From NCBI GenBank assembly GCA_950097015.1, contig CATNEN010000002.1, positions 5,022,001 through 5,086,000 of the forward strand: 64,000 bases of DNA, read 5' to 3'. This document shows positions 1 to 12,190 of the stretch, one piece after another. Source of the stretch: Macrostomum hystrix (Eukaryota > Animalia > Platyhelminthes). How positions within the stretch are numbered: position 1 is the first letter of the stretch; every line of letters begins with the position of its first letter. The notes below the pieces were generated by a model. The model was not told where the DNA came from, searched no databases, and was given only the letters and a program-made list of their open reading frames with translations. The translations under genes were made by a program, and so were the position numbers.

Positions 1-260
1 TATTACACAGGTGTAAACTGTAATACACAGGTTTAAACTGTAATACACAGGTGTAAACTGAAATACACAGGCGTAAACTGTAATACACAGGTGTAAACTG
101 CAATATACAGCTGTGTAGACTGTAATACACAGGTGTAAACTGAAATACACAAGTGTAAACTGTAATACACAGGTGTAAACTGCAATATACAGGTGTAGAC
201 TGTAATACACAGGTGTAAACTGCAATATACAGGTGTAGACTGTAATACACAGGTGTAAAC
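1..260. repeat. 20-bp minisatellite (TGTAATACACAGGTGTAAAC)n
   Basis: Direct tandem units; runs off the window edge. Confidence 0.95.
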
Positions 261-277
261 TAGATTCGATCACTCAC

Positions 278-3200
278 GCGACAGCGCAGCCGGCGTGCCC
301 GAAGGCAAGTCGCTATTCTTGGCTCGCTTCTTGGGCTTGGCCCGCTGCTCCAGCTTCTCAGGCGGCAGGATGAGCTCCTTCTTCATGCCGACTCGGACGC
401 ACTTCTCCAACCGGCATGTCGGGCAGTGCTTGCGCTGGGAGCCGCTGACGTCGCAGCCGCCGCCGCGCGAACAGGGCTTGATCTTCTCGCGGGCTTTTAA
501 AGCGTTGCGCCTGAAGAAGGCCTTGCAGCTCTCGCAGGTCAGCCGGTCGAAGTTGTAGCCGGAGGCCGGATCGCCGCAGACGGCGCAGACCCGCTCGTCC
601 TCGGGCAGGCCGGCTTTCCGACGGCGGGTGCGAACCACAGTGCTCAGGCCTGCGGGACATTGTTAACGTGGCATTGCTTTTTTGAAGCCTAGAGGTTAGA
701 TCTTCGGACTCACGACTTGAAGGTCGGGGGTTCGATTCCAAACAAGCTATTGGAACAATTTTAGACTTTAGTGAGACACTAAGCTCTACATTGCTTCAGG
801 GGGTGAGTGGCAGAGCGGTCTAACGCGTTTGCTTTTGGTACTAAGGTCCCCGAGCTCCCAAGATCCCCTACAAGCTACTCTGATCCCATTCAAGCTAACC
901 TGATCCCTACAAGCTAACCTGATCCCATTCAAGCTAACCTGATCCCTACAAGCTAACTTGATCCCTACAAGCTAACCTGATCCCATTCAAGCTAACCTGA
1001 TCCCTACAAGCTACTCTGATCCCATTCAAGCTACTCTGATCCCATTCAAGCTAACCTGATCCCTACAAGCTACTCTGATCCCATTCAAGCTAACCTGATC
1101 CCATTCAAGCTAACCTGATCCCTACAAGCTACTCTGATCCCATTCAAGCTAACCTGATCCCTACAAGCTACTCTGATCCCATTCAAGCTAACCTGATCCC
1201 TACAAGCTACTCTGATCCCATTCAAGCTAACCTGATCCCTACAAGCTACTCTGATCCCATTCAAGCTAACCTGATCCCTACAAGCTACTCTGATCCCATT
1301 CAAGCTAACCTGATCCCTACAAGCTAACCTGATCCCATTCAAGCTAACCTGATCCCTACAAGCTACTCTGATCCCATTCAAGCTAACCTGATCCCTACAA
1401 GCTAACCTGATCCCTACAAGCTAACCTGATCCCTACAAGCTACTCTGATCCCATTCAAGCTAACCTGATCCCTACAAGCTAACCTGATCCCTACAAGCTA
1501 CTCTGATCCCATTCAAGCTAACCTGATCCCTACAAGCTACTCTGATCCCATTCAAGCTAACCTGATCCCTACAAGCTACTCTGATCCCATTCAAGCTAAC
1601 CTGATCCCTACAAGCTACTCTGATCCCATTCAAGCTAACCTGATCCCTACAAGCTACTCTGATCCCATTCAAGCTAACCTGATCCCTACAAGCTACTCTG
1701 ATCCCATTCAAGCTAACCTAATCCCTACAAGCTACTCTGATCCCATTCAAGCTAACCTGATCCCTACAAGCTACTCTGATCCCATTCAAGCTAACCTGAT
1801 CCCTACAAGCTAACCTGATCCCATTCAAGCTAACCTGATCCCTACAAGCTAACCTGATCCCTACAAGCTAACCTGATCCCATTCAAGCTAACCTGATCCC
1901 TACAAGCTACTCTGATCCCATTCAAGCTACTCTGATCCCATTCAAGCTAACCTGATCCCTACAAGCTACTCTGATCCCATTCAAGCTAACCTGATCCCTA
2001 CAAGCTAACCTGATCCCATTCAAGCTAACCTGATCCCTACAAGCTACTCTGATCCCATTCAAGCTAACCTGATCCCTACAAGCTACTCTGATCCCATTCA
2101 AGCTAACCTGATCCCTACAAGCTACTCTGATCCCATTCAAGCTAACCTGATCCCTACAAGCTAACCTGATCCCATTCAAGCTAACCTGATCCCTACAAGC
2201 TACTCTGATCCCATTCAAGCTAACCTGATCCCTACAAGCTACTCTGATCCCATTCAAGCTAACCTGATCCCTACAAGCTACTCTGATCCCATTCAAGCTA
2301 ACCTGATCCCTACAAGCTAACCTGATCCCATTCAAGCTAACCTGATCCCTACAAGCTACTCTGATCCCATTCAAGCTACCCTGCTCCCATTCAAGCTAAC
2401 CTGATCCCCTAATAGCTACCTAGATCCCCTAATAGCTACACTGATCCCCTACAAGTTACCCTGATCCCCTATAAGCTCCCCTGACCGCCTACAAGCTCCC
2501 ATGATCCACTACAAGCTCCCCTGATCCCCAATAAGCTACCCAGATTCCCAATAAGCTTCCCAGATTCCCTAAAAGCTCGCCAGATCCCCTATAAGATACC
2601 CTGATCCCCTACAAGCTCCCATGATCCCCTAGAAGCATCCCAGATGAATTTAATCATCTAAAGTCACGTGACAAAACCAGCCCTCTCCCATCGCTCACCA
2701 TCCCTGCTGGTGTTGCCCGGGAGGAGGTCGCTATAGTCGGAAGCGACGCCGCCGCCAGCCGAGTGCTCATAATAATCCCCAGCTGCGGCCGGCTCGTCCC
2801 GATCTGAACTGTTTGAAGCGGCTTCCGACTTGATGTTGCCACTGTCGCCGACAGGCAGGCTGCAGACACCTAGAAGCTGCTGCTGGTGATGATGAAGTGC
2901 GATAGAGGACGATTGATGGGACTCGTGAGACATTAAGGAGCTGTACTGCTGCTGCTGATGCTGCAGCTGCTGCCTGTCATCATCATCGTCCTCATCATCA
3001 CGCGCCGGTAGTTCTACATCTTCCTCTTCGACATCGTCAGCCGACTGCTCATTCTGGTGAGTTAAAGAGGCGAAAGTGATTAGTACAATATGCTCTAGGT
3101 TGCTCGACTGCCAAGACTTGCAGAGCAAAGTGTCCTATTCAGGCAGGGGCGGGCAAGCCAAAACACGGATAAGACAAATAATAAAATCGAGATCATCCAA

Positions 3201-4338
3201 AACAAAACAATGGCTATGACTATCTTCCAATCAGGAATGGAAAGTTGTATCTAAAGGTCGAATAATGTGCAGATTAAGGTGGAAGAATGTAATCTAGATA
3301 TGGAAGAATGTAAACTATAGACGGAAAAATGTAATCTATAGATGGAAGAATGTAATCTAGATATGGAAGAATGTAATCTAGAGATGGAAGAATGTTATCT
3401 AGACATGAAAGAATTTAAACAAGAGATGGAAGAAAGTAATCTAGAGATGGCAGAATATACGAGCTCGTAAACTAGAGATGAAAAAATGAAATCTAGATAA
3501 GGAAGAATGTAAACTAGATATGGAAAAATGAAATCTAGATAAGGAAGAATGTAAACTAGATATGGAATAATGGAAAAATGAAATCTAGATATGGAAGAAT
3601 GTAAACTAGAGATTGAAAAATGAAATCTAGATATGGAAGAATGTAAACTAGAGATTGAAAAATGAAATCTAGATATGGAAGAATGTAAACTAGAGATTGA
3701 AAAATGAAATCTAGATATGGAAGAATGTAAACTAGAGATTGAAAAATGAAATCTAGATATGGAAGAATGTAAACTAGAGATTGAAAAATGAAATCTAGAT
3801 ATGGAAGAATGTAAACTAGAGATGGAAGAATAAGATCAAAGATTAAGAATGTGATCAAGAGATGGAAGAATATGAAGAAGTTCTTTGAAAATACAAGAAC
3901 AGAATCAAGAGACAGGAGCTATGAGCGGGACGTGTAGAAGCTGACAGAAATGTACACAATTACAGTGGCAAAGAGGGTTCTCACGGTGCGCACATGCTGA
4001 GCATTAGATCGCTCATAGTAAGTGCTCTCGGCCATATTTGGTACATGCGACTCATCTTCCGCCTCCTCAATCGCCAAGCCGCCAGTCGAAGCCGGGCAGC
4101 CTCCATTGTCATTCAGCTGCTCATCTTCGTGACCACTGTCAACTCCGTCATTGCTGGCACTGTCTGTGCTATTGTGATTGGCTGTGCCAAATCCAGTGGC
4201 CTGTACAGCTGAACGACCCATTGGGGGCGAAGATTTTAACTGATGCGGCAACGAGGCCTGCTGATGATTGCTGGATGAATATCCAAGCATCACAGCTGAA
4301 GACTTGCTGCCATCTTCCATTGCAACTTCAGCAGACAT
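278..4338 (-). CDS. HR96: Nuclear hormone receptor, HR96/DAF-12-like (NR1J); 5' part, ligand-binding domain lies off the left edge
   Basis: Exon 278-649 encodes two C4 zinc fingers (CAVCGDPASGYNFDRLTCESCKAFFRRNA...CRLEKCVRVGM) with the CESCKA P-box typical of NR1J. Upstream exons 2699-3053 and 3985-4347 (ATG 4338; alternative donor would end it at 3994) have GT/AG ends with matching phases (GAT G|GC CTG; ACC|AAT). Confidence 0.88.
680..798 (+). mobile_element. SINE family B copy, interrupted within CORE by family A
   Basis: GCCTAGAGGTTAGA...GGTTCGATTCC...GAGACACTAAGCTCTACATTGCTTCAG. Confidence 0.62.
799..860 (+). mobile_element. SINE family A, head only
   Basis: GGGGGTGAGTGGCAGAGCGGTCTAACGCGTTTGC...AAGGTCCCCGAGCTC, then runs into a minisatellite. 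Confidence 0.7.
862..2640. repeat. Minisatellite of alternating 19- and 20-bp units (39-bp dimer), degenerate at the right end
   Basis: CAAGCTAACCTGATCCCTA / CAAGCTACTCTGATCCCATT. Confidence 0.95.
3290..3880. repeat. 21-bp minisatellite with a 42-bp dimer
   Basis: GAAGAATGTAAACTAGAGATT + GAAAAATGAAATCTAGATATG. Confidence 0.92.
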
Positions 4339-4885
4339 GATTGCTGACTGACAGAATTTAGATATTGTTATCTGATTATTTTATGTGTGTATTATTTATA
4401 CAATGTGTATTGGAAATCTGTAGACATTAATTCTAGCTAGCTGTGTAACACAACATTTTTATATAGATAATAACTGAAATCAAATAAAGAACATTAGAAG
4501 CAATTAAAGCACAGATTTTTTATTCTAAACAAACTGCTTAGAAACAAATATTAAAATTACTTTGGTTCTGTCAATACTGAATTAACCTGAAAATAGAATT
4601 ATGGTACACTATTTGTTGATTTCTAGTTAAATGTTAAGGAATTACTATATATAACTCACTACATATCAATTCAATCTGCATGTTTCATTGAATCGCACTT
4701 TGTTTCTAGAGAACACGTCCATATTTTTAACTGATTTATAATATGGCCAAATACTGATGTTAAGAGTGATATTATTTTTTTAAACCATATTGCAAAGAAA
4801 CCATTTTATGTACAATATATCTGTTAAGTTTGTTATTACTTAACAGATTCATTACTGTTAATTCATTCATTTATAACAGATTCAT

Positions 4886-5157
4886 CATACATGCGCAACC
4901 TCCCAAATCTTAGCCGGCTGTGCGACTTAGTTTTTGCTCTCATTTGCGACTTAGTTCATTTCATTGCTTTATTTACGACTTAGTTTGCTCTCATTTGCTC
5001 TCTTTTTCTCTCCCCTTTTTCCTTTTCTTCACGCCTTCCTTTTTTGTCCCTTGGTCCCCCCTTTGATTTTTTTGCGCTTGGTCAATTGGTTTTTGCGACT
5101 TACCTTGCTTGGCCCTCATTTCACCCGGCCGGTTCGGCCGGGTGTTGCGTATGTATG
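4886..5157. mobile_element. 272-bp hAT-like MITE
   Basis: TIRs CATACATGCGCAAC / GTTGCGTATGTATG with 8-bp TSD AGATTCAT (4878-4885, 5158-5165). A solo end-like fragment lies at about 11355-11376. Confidence 0.75.
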
Positions 5158-7240
5158 AGATTCATTAAATGATTCATTACTTTGTTTTACTGATAATTTT
5201 TTGCCATTAACTATGTGAAATAGTATATAAAATCCGACCGCTTATTTTATTGAGTTATTGGGCTCATTCTTTGCCAGGAACACCTAGTCTATGGTTTAAA
5301 GTGCTATAATTCCAGGACCATCAAATTCTAGGACCATCACTTGCCTTGTGACCATCAAATGCAGCCTCGGATTTTCTAACCCTAGAATGCACATTAAACA
5401 TCCATGATATAATACTAGAAGTTAAGACAGAGAAATAAGAAATCAATATTTGCTTTATTTTTGCTGTTCTCAAACTAGCAGAATGAACTTTTCTTAGTCA
5501 TTTACAACATGCCATTAACCATGAGCACTAAATGTACATGCCAAAGAATTCAATATAAAACAAGTGAATGCCAAACATGCACACCAAATTGGGCAGACAA
5601 TACCAATACACACAAAAAAATTTGGGCATTAACTACATTACTACATAATCTAGACTATTGTGCTATATTCTTTTAGATTGCTTATATTACAAACAATTGT
5701 CCTACTGCCACTTACATTGTTTTGAATAAAATTTTTTGCATACAAGTTAGTGCCAGATATAAAATCTGGTACAAAATTTAAAATTAGGTTTAAAATTGGA
5801 AGTTTTTTATTTAAAAAAATTATATTAAAAAAACTAGCATTGCCACTAAGAAGCTTTATAAAATATTAGGTACAAGTTATAGATAAGAAAATTGTCTAGA
5901 TACTTATGTTACTAAGAGCTTATTGATTACTAAAATTACTAAAACATATTTTTACATTCTATTTGCCAGCTTATATTGAACATTTAGCCTATAATACACT
6001 AGGTCAAGAGCTTTTAAAACACGTAAACACATAATAAGCAATAACCTAAATATGTTTCACAATCTGTTCTCACAATACAGCCTTCCTCAATGGGGCAAAA
6101 AAATTAATTGCATATACTGAAGTCATTTTTATCTTCACAAAATATAAAAATTTATGTAGGCTTAAGCTTTAAAATGGCCCATTGAAAAACAGTCATGTAG
6201 GTCTATTTTACCTTAATGTGCGTTTTATATGCAACATAAATTTTCTATTTGATGCATAGAATTTTTACATGCATGTTACACTTATAGTTGCAAACGTATG
6301 CCCTGCTGCCTAGGCCCTAGGGCTAGGCCTTGTATTGTAATTTTTACTAATTATATTCAGTCAGTTCCATATTAACTGTAGTAATGGCTACTTTAACTAT
6401 TAAACTATTTAAACATTGACACCAGAAACCAAATTAGACAATATTAAATGTCTTTACTCGGTATTCATAATCATAAACTTGATGATAGGCCGAAGTTAAT
6501 ATAAAGCAAAGTCCAACAGGTCTTATGAGTCTATCCTCTATCGTCTACTTCTACCTACCGAAGTGTGAATGAATCCTTCCTGAGTGCTATTTTAAAAATA
6601 AAGAAACAGCTAAAGTTGATTTCATAAAGGCTTGTAATTCTAACACAGTACTTTTACAACAATGAATTATTGTTTACAAAGGAGATAGCAAAGTCTATAA
6701 CGCACCATATGGTTCATGACGACATGATTATAATAATAGCCTTATTTTAAAAGATTTGATTTGCTATTTTTATAAGAACTGTAACTACCCAAAGCGAATC
6801 ATTAAATGTGAATCAGATTTTTTTAACAATAAAAAACAAGTATGAATATTATTTAAGACTACTATTGTACAAACAATTAGCTACTTTTTTATTTTTGTTA
6901 TACGTATGCCTTAATTTAAATGACGTAAGTACTGAATAATACATAAATATAATGGAAACTTAGTTTAAAAAAGTTGTGTAAATTATGCAACTTGCAGATT
7001 TCCAAAATGTTTCTAGACTTACACACATTGAAGCATTGTAAAACTACCGTTGAAACCGAAGCAACCGAGGCGGCTTCGGGTGGCGTCGTACAGTTTTAAA
7101 TATTTAACCATATCCAATAAGAGGGCAGCGAAACATGTGTGTTCTGTATCAAATTTTACACACACGCGCACGTTTTTACGATTAAAAAATGTCCTTGGCT
7201 TTTTAATGCCGATACCCGCTCCTCGGATACCGTGACTCAC

Positions 7241-7273
7241 GTCTCTCAATGTCCTCATTGCGACTTCAGCCAT
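7241..7273 (-). CDS. Candidate first coding exon of the HR96-like gene (MAEVAMRTLRD)
   Basis: ATG at 7273 and a GAC|GTGAGT donor; joins in phase 0 to the acceptor at 4348 (TCA GCA ATC ATG). No homology support. Confidence 0.4.
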
Positions 7274-7985
7274 CGGCTACTCTCTGGGAGTTGCATGCTT
7301 TCGTGAGCAATACAAATTAAATCAGATCGAATATCGCAGCCCTATAGTTTAGCTGTTTATTTAAGAAACAATTTCATTGTACTTTTAAAGCATTAAGAAT
7401 AATATATATCAGGGTGTATACAGGCCCTGCATTATTAGTCAGGAACTTTTCTCTCACGGCCACTGATCTTAATTTGGGGGCTGGCCCTACACTAAGTATC
7501 GATCGAAGCAGAGTCTGTCTTTAGTACTGAGGGTTCAATTTGGGTCCTGACGACGGATTTGGTACGGTTGTGCCAATGAATGTAGCCGCAATCTAATTGG
7601 ACGATTCTCAGTTCGATTCTCGATTTGACTCTTGCTGCTACTCCTGAGACAATTTTTGGTACAATATTACGGTATGTAAGTATTTTGAGGCGATTCCTGG
7701 TACGATTCTCTGGCGACTGCTCCCACTGAAGGGAATGCTACTCGTAGGCAAGCTGCTGATGGAGTGGGGAGGGCTCATATTGCCAACAGATAAGGTAGGC
7801 TCACACTTCCTTTTCTTCCATGAGCAATTTTTGACCCAAAAGGCTTTCCTTCTCTCGCATTGGCTCTCACAAATGCTCAAAAGCTCTCACAAACAAGCTG
7901 TCCCGGGTAAAGCAGGATGCAAATAAAGGACTTGGCAATTGCAAATAAAGCAAATGTTTCTGGAAAAAATCTACTAGAAGCCCAA

Positions 7986-8859
7986 ATGTCCCACTTACTC
8001 CCTCTTCGAGTTGCTCTATCGCATTTGCTACTGCTGCTTGTGTTGTCAAGGCAACCGCATAGTGCGGCAGCTTGCTCCGACCAGCAGGGCAGATGGCGCC
8101 AGAGCTTCGATGAAGTTGCTGGCGCTGGCGTCGCATGCGGCGTCAGGCCGGAATTTCAGCGAGTTCTGAACGGATTCTGCGGCGCCGAACAGTGCGCTCT
8201 GCTCTGCGCCACCAACCATCGCTGCCAGGCTTTCCAACCTCTCAATGCCTGCCGGTGCCGGCTGTTCCTGTTCGACAAATGCAGCCACGGAGTCAGGGAC
8301 TCGACGGTTGCTTGCGGCAGCGATGGCGACAAAATTTTCGTGCGTCGATTGGCTGGCGCAGCTCCTGGCAGTCTTTGTCCGGCTGGATATTCGCGTTCTC
8401 GGTAGGCGCGAAGTCTTGCTACAAGTGACTTTTTACTCTTACAATGCTCATAAGACCCCTTCTACCCACAGCAATGGCTCCTCCTACAAGGTAGTGAGCT
8501 CTCACTCGTTCACGTCTTCGGCCGCTAAAGCTGCCTGTGCCGCTGATGGTGGGCTCGCTAAACTGGCCGACGTTCAGGACTCGGACGAGATGGCCTGGCT
8601 GATGTCGCTGAGATCGGCGGGAATCAGCTACCACATTGGCGGTTATCAGCTAGTTAGGAGTGCCAACAAGATGGATAACTGGGTGTGGGACGCCTGCAAC
8701 ACCACCATCGACCGCAACATTTGGGAGCTGGGCCAGCCGGACAATGGATCTCCGGTGCAGGCTTGCGCCTGTCTGCACGCCCCGTTTAACAGTGGTCTGG
8801 ACGATACTGACTGCTACGTACATTATGGCTACATCTGCGAGTGTCCGTCTGTGTTTTAG
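7986..8859 (+). CDS. Secreted protein: signal peptide, PAN/apple-like Cys domain, C-type lectin domain (QPD motif)
   Basis: Hydrophobic N-terminus, CALLCATNHRCQAF motif, then AKAAC...HIGG...WVW...WELGQPDN...CACL...DDTDC...YICE. Exons 7986-8401 and 8472-8859 (CG|gtaggc...cacag|C) give 804 nt in frame. Confidence 0.8.
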
Positions 8860-8939
8860 GCACTCTTCCTTAAGGACCTACGACTGACCACACGCACAGA
8901 TCTCTCTTCTCTAGCTCCAGACAACCACTTTACCCACTG

Positions 8940-9130
8940 CTGACCTAGTGCACCCACCTCACTCCACTGATGACTCAGTGCACCCACCTCACTCCACTGA
9001 TGACTCAGTGCACCCACCTCACTCCGCTGATGACCCAGTCAACCGGCCCACTATACACTCAGCTGGTGACCTAGCGCACCCACCTCACGCAGCTGATGAT
9101 CAACCTGACCACCCACCTACCAACCCGACA
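8940..9130. repeat. 30-bp degenerate tandem repeat downstream of the lectin gene
   Basis: GTGCACCCACCTCACTCCACTGATGACTCA x3 plus decayed copies. Confidence 0.8.
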
Positions 9131-12100
9131 TTGTAGGCCCACGATTCACCCAGCTAATTACTCCTTACCTAGTGTACCCGCCTAACTTAGTCGCTTACCC
9201 ACCCACCTCACTCCTCTGCTAGTCTTTGTTGTACTGAACTCGCCTATCGCAAATCTGCACTAAATGAGTTTAAGTTATATAGTAGTAAGGTTCCTTTTTA
9301 CATTTATTTGGTCTGCCAGATAATCTATTCAGCTTGTAAGCATCTATCTTGTGTAATATGTCAGCCTTAATACTTCTAAAAGTCCATGTATCCTCAGAGC
9401 AGAGGAAAGCTTTGACAACAATTGCTCTGAGTAAAGGTTTCTAAAATATTAAAATGCAGGTTTTTTTTGCAAAATAAAAAATGAGCTAGGCTTTAGAAGA
9501 CATTTGCAAATTGGCTAGAACAATACATTTGCCGCCACAAACCTGTTCTGCTGATAAAAAATATGTGGGTCCGAATGTCCTGTACACATATTTGTTACAA
9601 AAACATATTGAAAGTCATTCCGAAGACCACTATAGTAGTTTAGCTTTAGTATTCTACTTTAGTAGTCCTCGATAGTCATTCTAAAAGGCCAAGAAAAACA
9701 TTAGAAAACCTTAGAAGAACTCTATACTCGTACACGTGCACGCCACACAGTTTCTAATTAAGCTATAGAATCTGCCAAAAAGTGCTTTCTGAGAAGGAAG
9801 CTTTCTGAGTAAAGCTGTAGAGTATTGCCAAATGCATAATTCATGAATGCTGACCTGGCTTGTAAAACTGAAAAAATGGAAGAACTATAGTTGTGTGGCA
9901 TGCTTCTTTTACTCTTCTAGTGGAGAAGCACCCTTTAAAGAGAATTTTCTGTAGAAAACAATAGAGAACTCAACCTGGGTGAATCATTAAATTAGGAATA
10001 CAGCAAAAACTGCACAGTACCATGGCACTATGCTGCTATGCATTTTATTGGCGGCAATAATAGCTATTCTCAACGCATTAATAGTCATCTAGTTCTGATC
10101 AGACAAGCTATATTTGGACGCGCGGTAATTTATCAATCACATAATTTATTTTTTATTAATTTGTTGAACTCCGCAAGAACGCTTCAACAGCCAGGTGATG
10201 AGAGACCTATAGGATTCAATAAAGTCACCGCCATTGGTGAAGCTGCAAAAAATGCTAAAGCAGACATCAATGAAAAGGCATGCAGGCTTTGAAAGCTGTG
10301 TCACGCGAAGAGCAGCTGAAATTAAATAACCTAAAATTAATCTAATGAGCCTACAAATAAATAAGTAAGCTGATCGAATTGTCTGATCGGAGTCCTAGAA
10401 GTGGAGCATAAAATGCCAAACCCGAAATTTCACAATGCGGAAATTTTGGAACATCGAATCGATCACAACGAGTTAGGTAGGAAGACTACAAAACGTAGTA
10501 TCGTACGGTTATGATAGGAGGAGACTTTACAACTTTCAATTTGATTGCAGAGATTATACGGAAAAATTCACAACCGTCGAATTTATAATTATCTATCTGC
10601 AGTGCAGCAATTCGACGATGCGAATTCTTCGCATGCATCGTCACAATTCGAACGTTGTGAATAGCTGCATTTTAAATTTTCGACTCTGTGATTGAAATCT
10701 CGGAGTTATAATGATTAAAATTTTCGACGTAGTGAAGTTTCGGGTTTGTGAAGCGCCCCCACCCGACGAGTGAACCAAGTGAACTCGAATCTATAGCTCG
10801 TACTAGGAAAAAATGACGAATATTTTATGCTTCTTCATCGAAATCATAAGCTCAATGCCATGACCTTTTTACCAGTCTATCTAGTCTATCTCCCTGTTTT
10901 AATTAACAAGTCAACTACTCGCTTTTCATGGAAGAATTACTCAAAGAAGCTATGTTTTAATTATTTAAACTATAAGAGACTTATTTGCCTACTACTCCAT
11001 CAAATATACGCAGAAAAAAAGAAACTTTAGGCTGTAGAACAATGCTCATACAAACTCGGAAGAAAAAATTAAATGATTAATGATTATGATGACATGTTGC
11101 AGATAAATAGACCGCAGATAGAGCTTGTGACTCGGTTTGTTTTAATGTGCACAAAATTTATATATGGCAATTAGAATTCTGATTTTCTGTGAAGTTGAAG
11201 TGTTGATGATATTGATAACTATATCATATCATGCAGTGCTGTAATTTTGTTATGTGTTGTATTTGTTTGTAGAGTTTTACTATAAAACGTATTAAACCTA
11301 GATCCTAATTTATGTTGCATTTCTTTTTCAAAACTCAGTCACAGCAGGCTGACATTTTGGAGGTTGCGCATGTATAACTATTGGGGCATGCATGGCTAAA
11401 ATTATATTTTAGGCCTAAAGTTAATTGACTGTTGCTAATAGCTAATTCAGCCGTAAAATATTCTATGCTCACTCCAATATGTATTCAAAAACTAGGACAA
11501 TGGCTAGCCTAGTGAAAAAATGTTCTTAAATGTCTTAGTACTTCCTAAACTGGGCCTAAAAAGGCTAAATCCTGATTCTGATATGATGGCACCATTAGAT
11601 AGCAACCTATTCCTTAGTATTCCTTCCTAAAGGGGATACTGTTCTGGTAACAGGGTGAATAAGAAAATGGTTATTATCAATATCCAAATTCTATTCTTAA
11701 GCATGTTTGCCTAACTAGTTAGCCTACTTTTGCTATTAACATTACAGGCTCATATTTTTGTAGCTTTAGCACTTGAAATTGTCTTAACTAAAAGTTAGTT
11801 AGTTTAAGTAGGTAGCTGGGCATTTTTTTGGTGCCTGAGCTTTTCAGTACCAGGAATTTTGGTGCTTAGTCTTGCTTTTTTGTACCTTTTGATGAGTTTT
11901 GGTTCCTATTCAGGCAGTTGTCAATGTTAATTTAGCTAGGCCTATTTTAACTGCTTAAATACTGCTTGCCAATGCTTTGCTTTTACTTTTTTGCTCTCAT
12001 GTTATTTATGGTCTGATTCTAAAGTTACTTAGAAATAAAAATTCGTTTATAAAGTTTGGACCAAAGTTTAAAAGATAGTGTTTTTTATATAATTAAATGA

Positions 12101-12190
12101 TTCATATTGTTAAAGTGAATTTCAGAACAGTTAATTAGCAAATCAAATTGGACAACTTGCAAGTGTGCCATTACTTAATAATTGCCATTT

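Noticed and set aside
1085-2374. Repeat-derived ORFs here and at 3556, 14525, 18784, 29708, 31789, 45338, 54638 and 58837
   Set aside because: They coincide exactly with tandem arrays inside introns or spacers.
7019-7273. 84-aa ORF as a standalone gene
   Set aside because: A strong GTGAGT donor after codon 11 suggests the remainder is intron.
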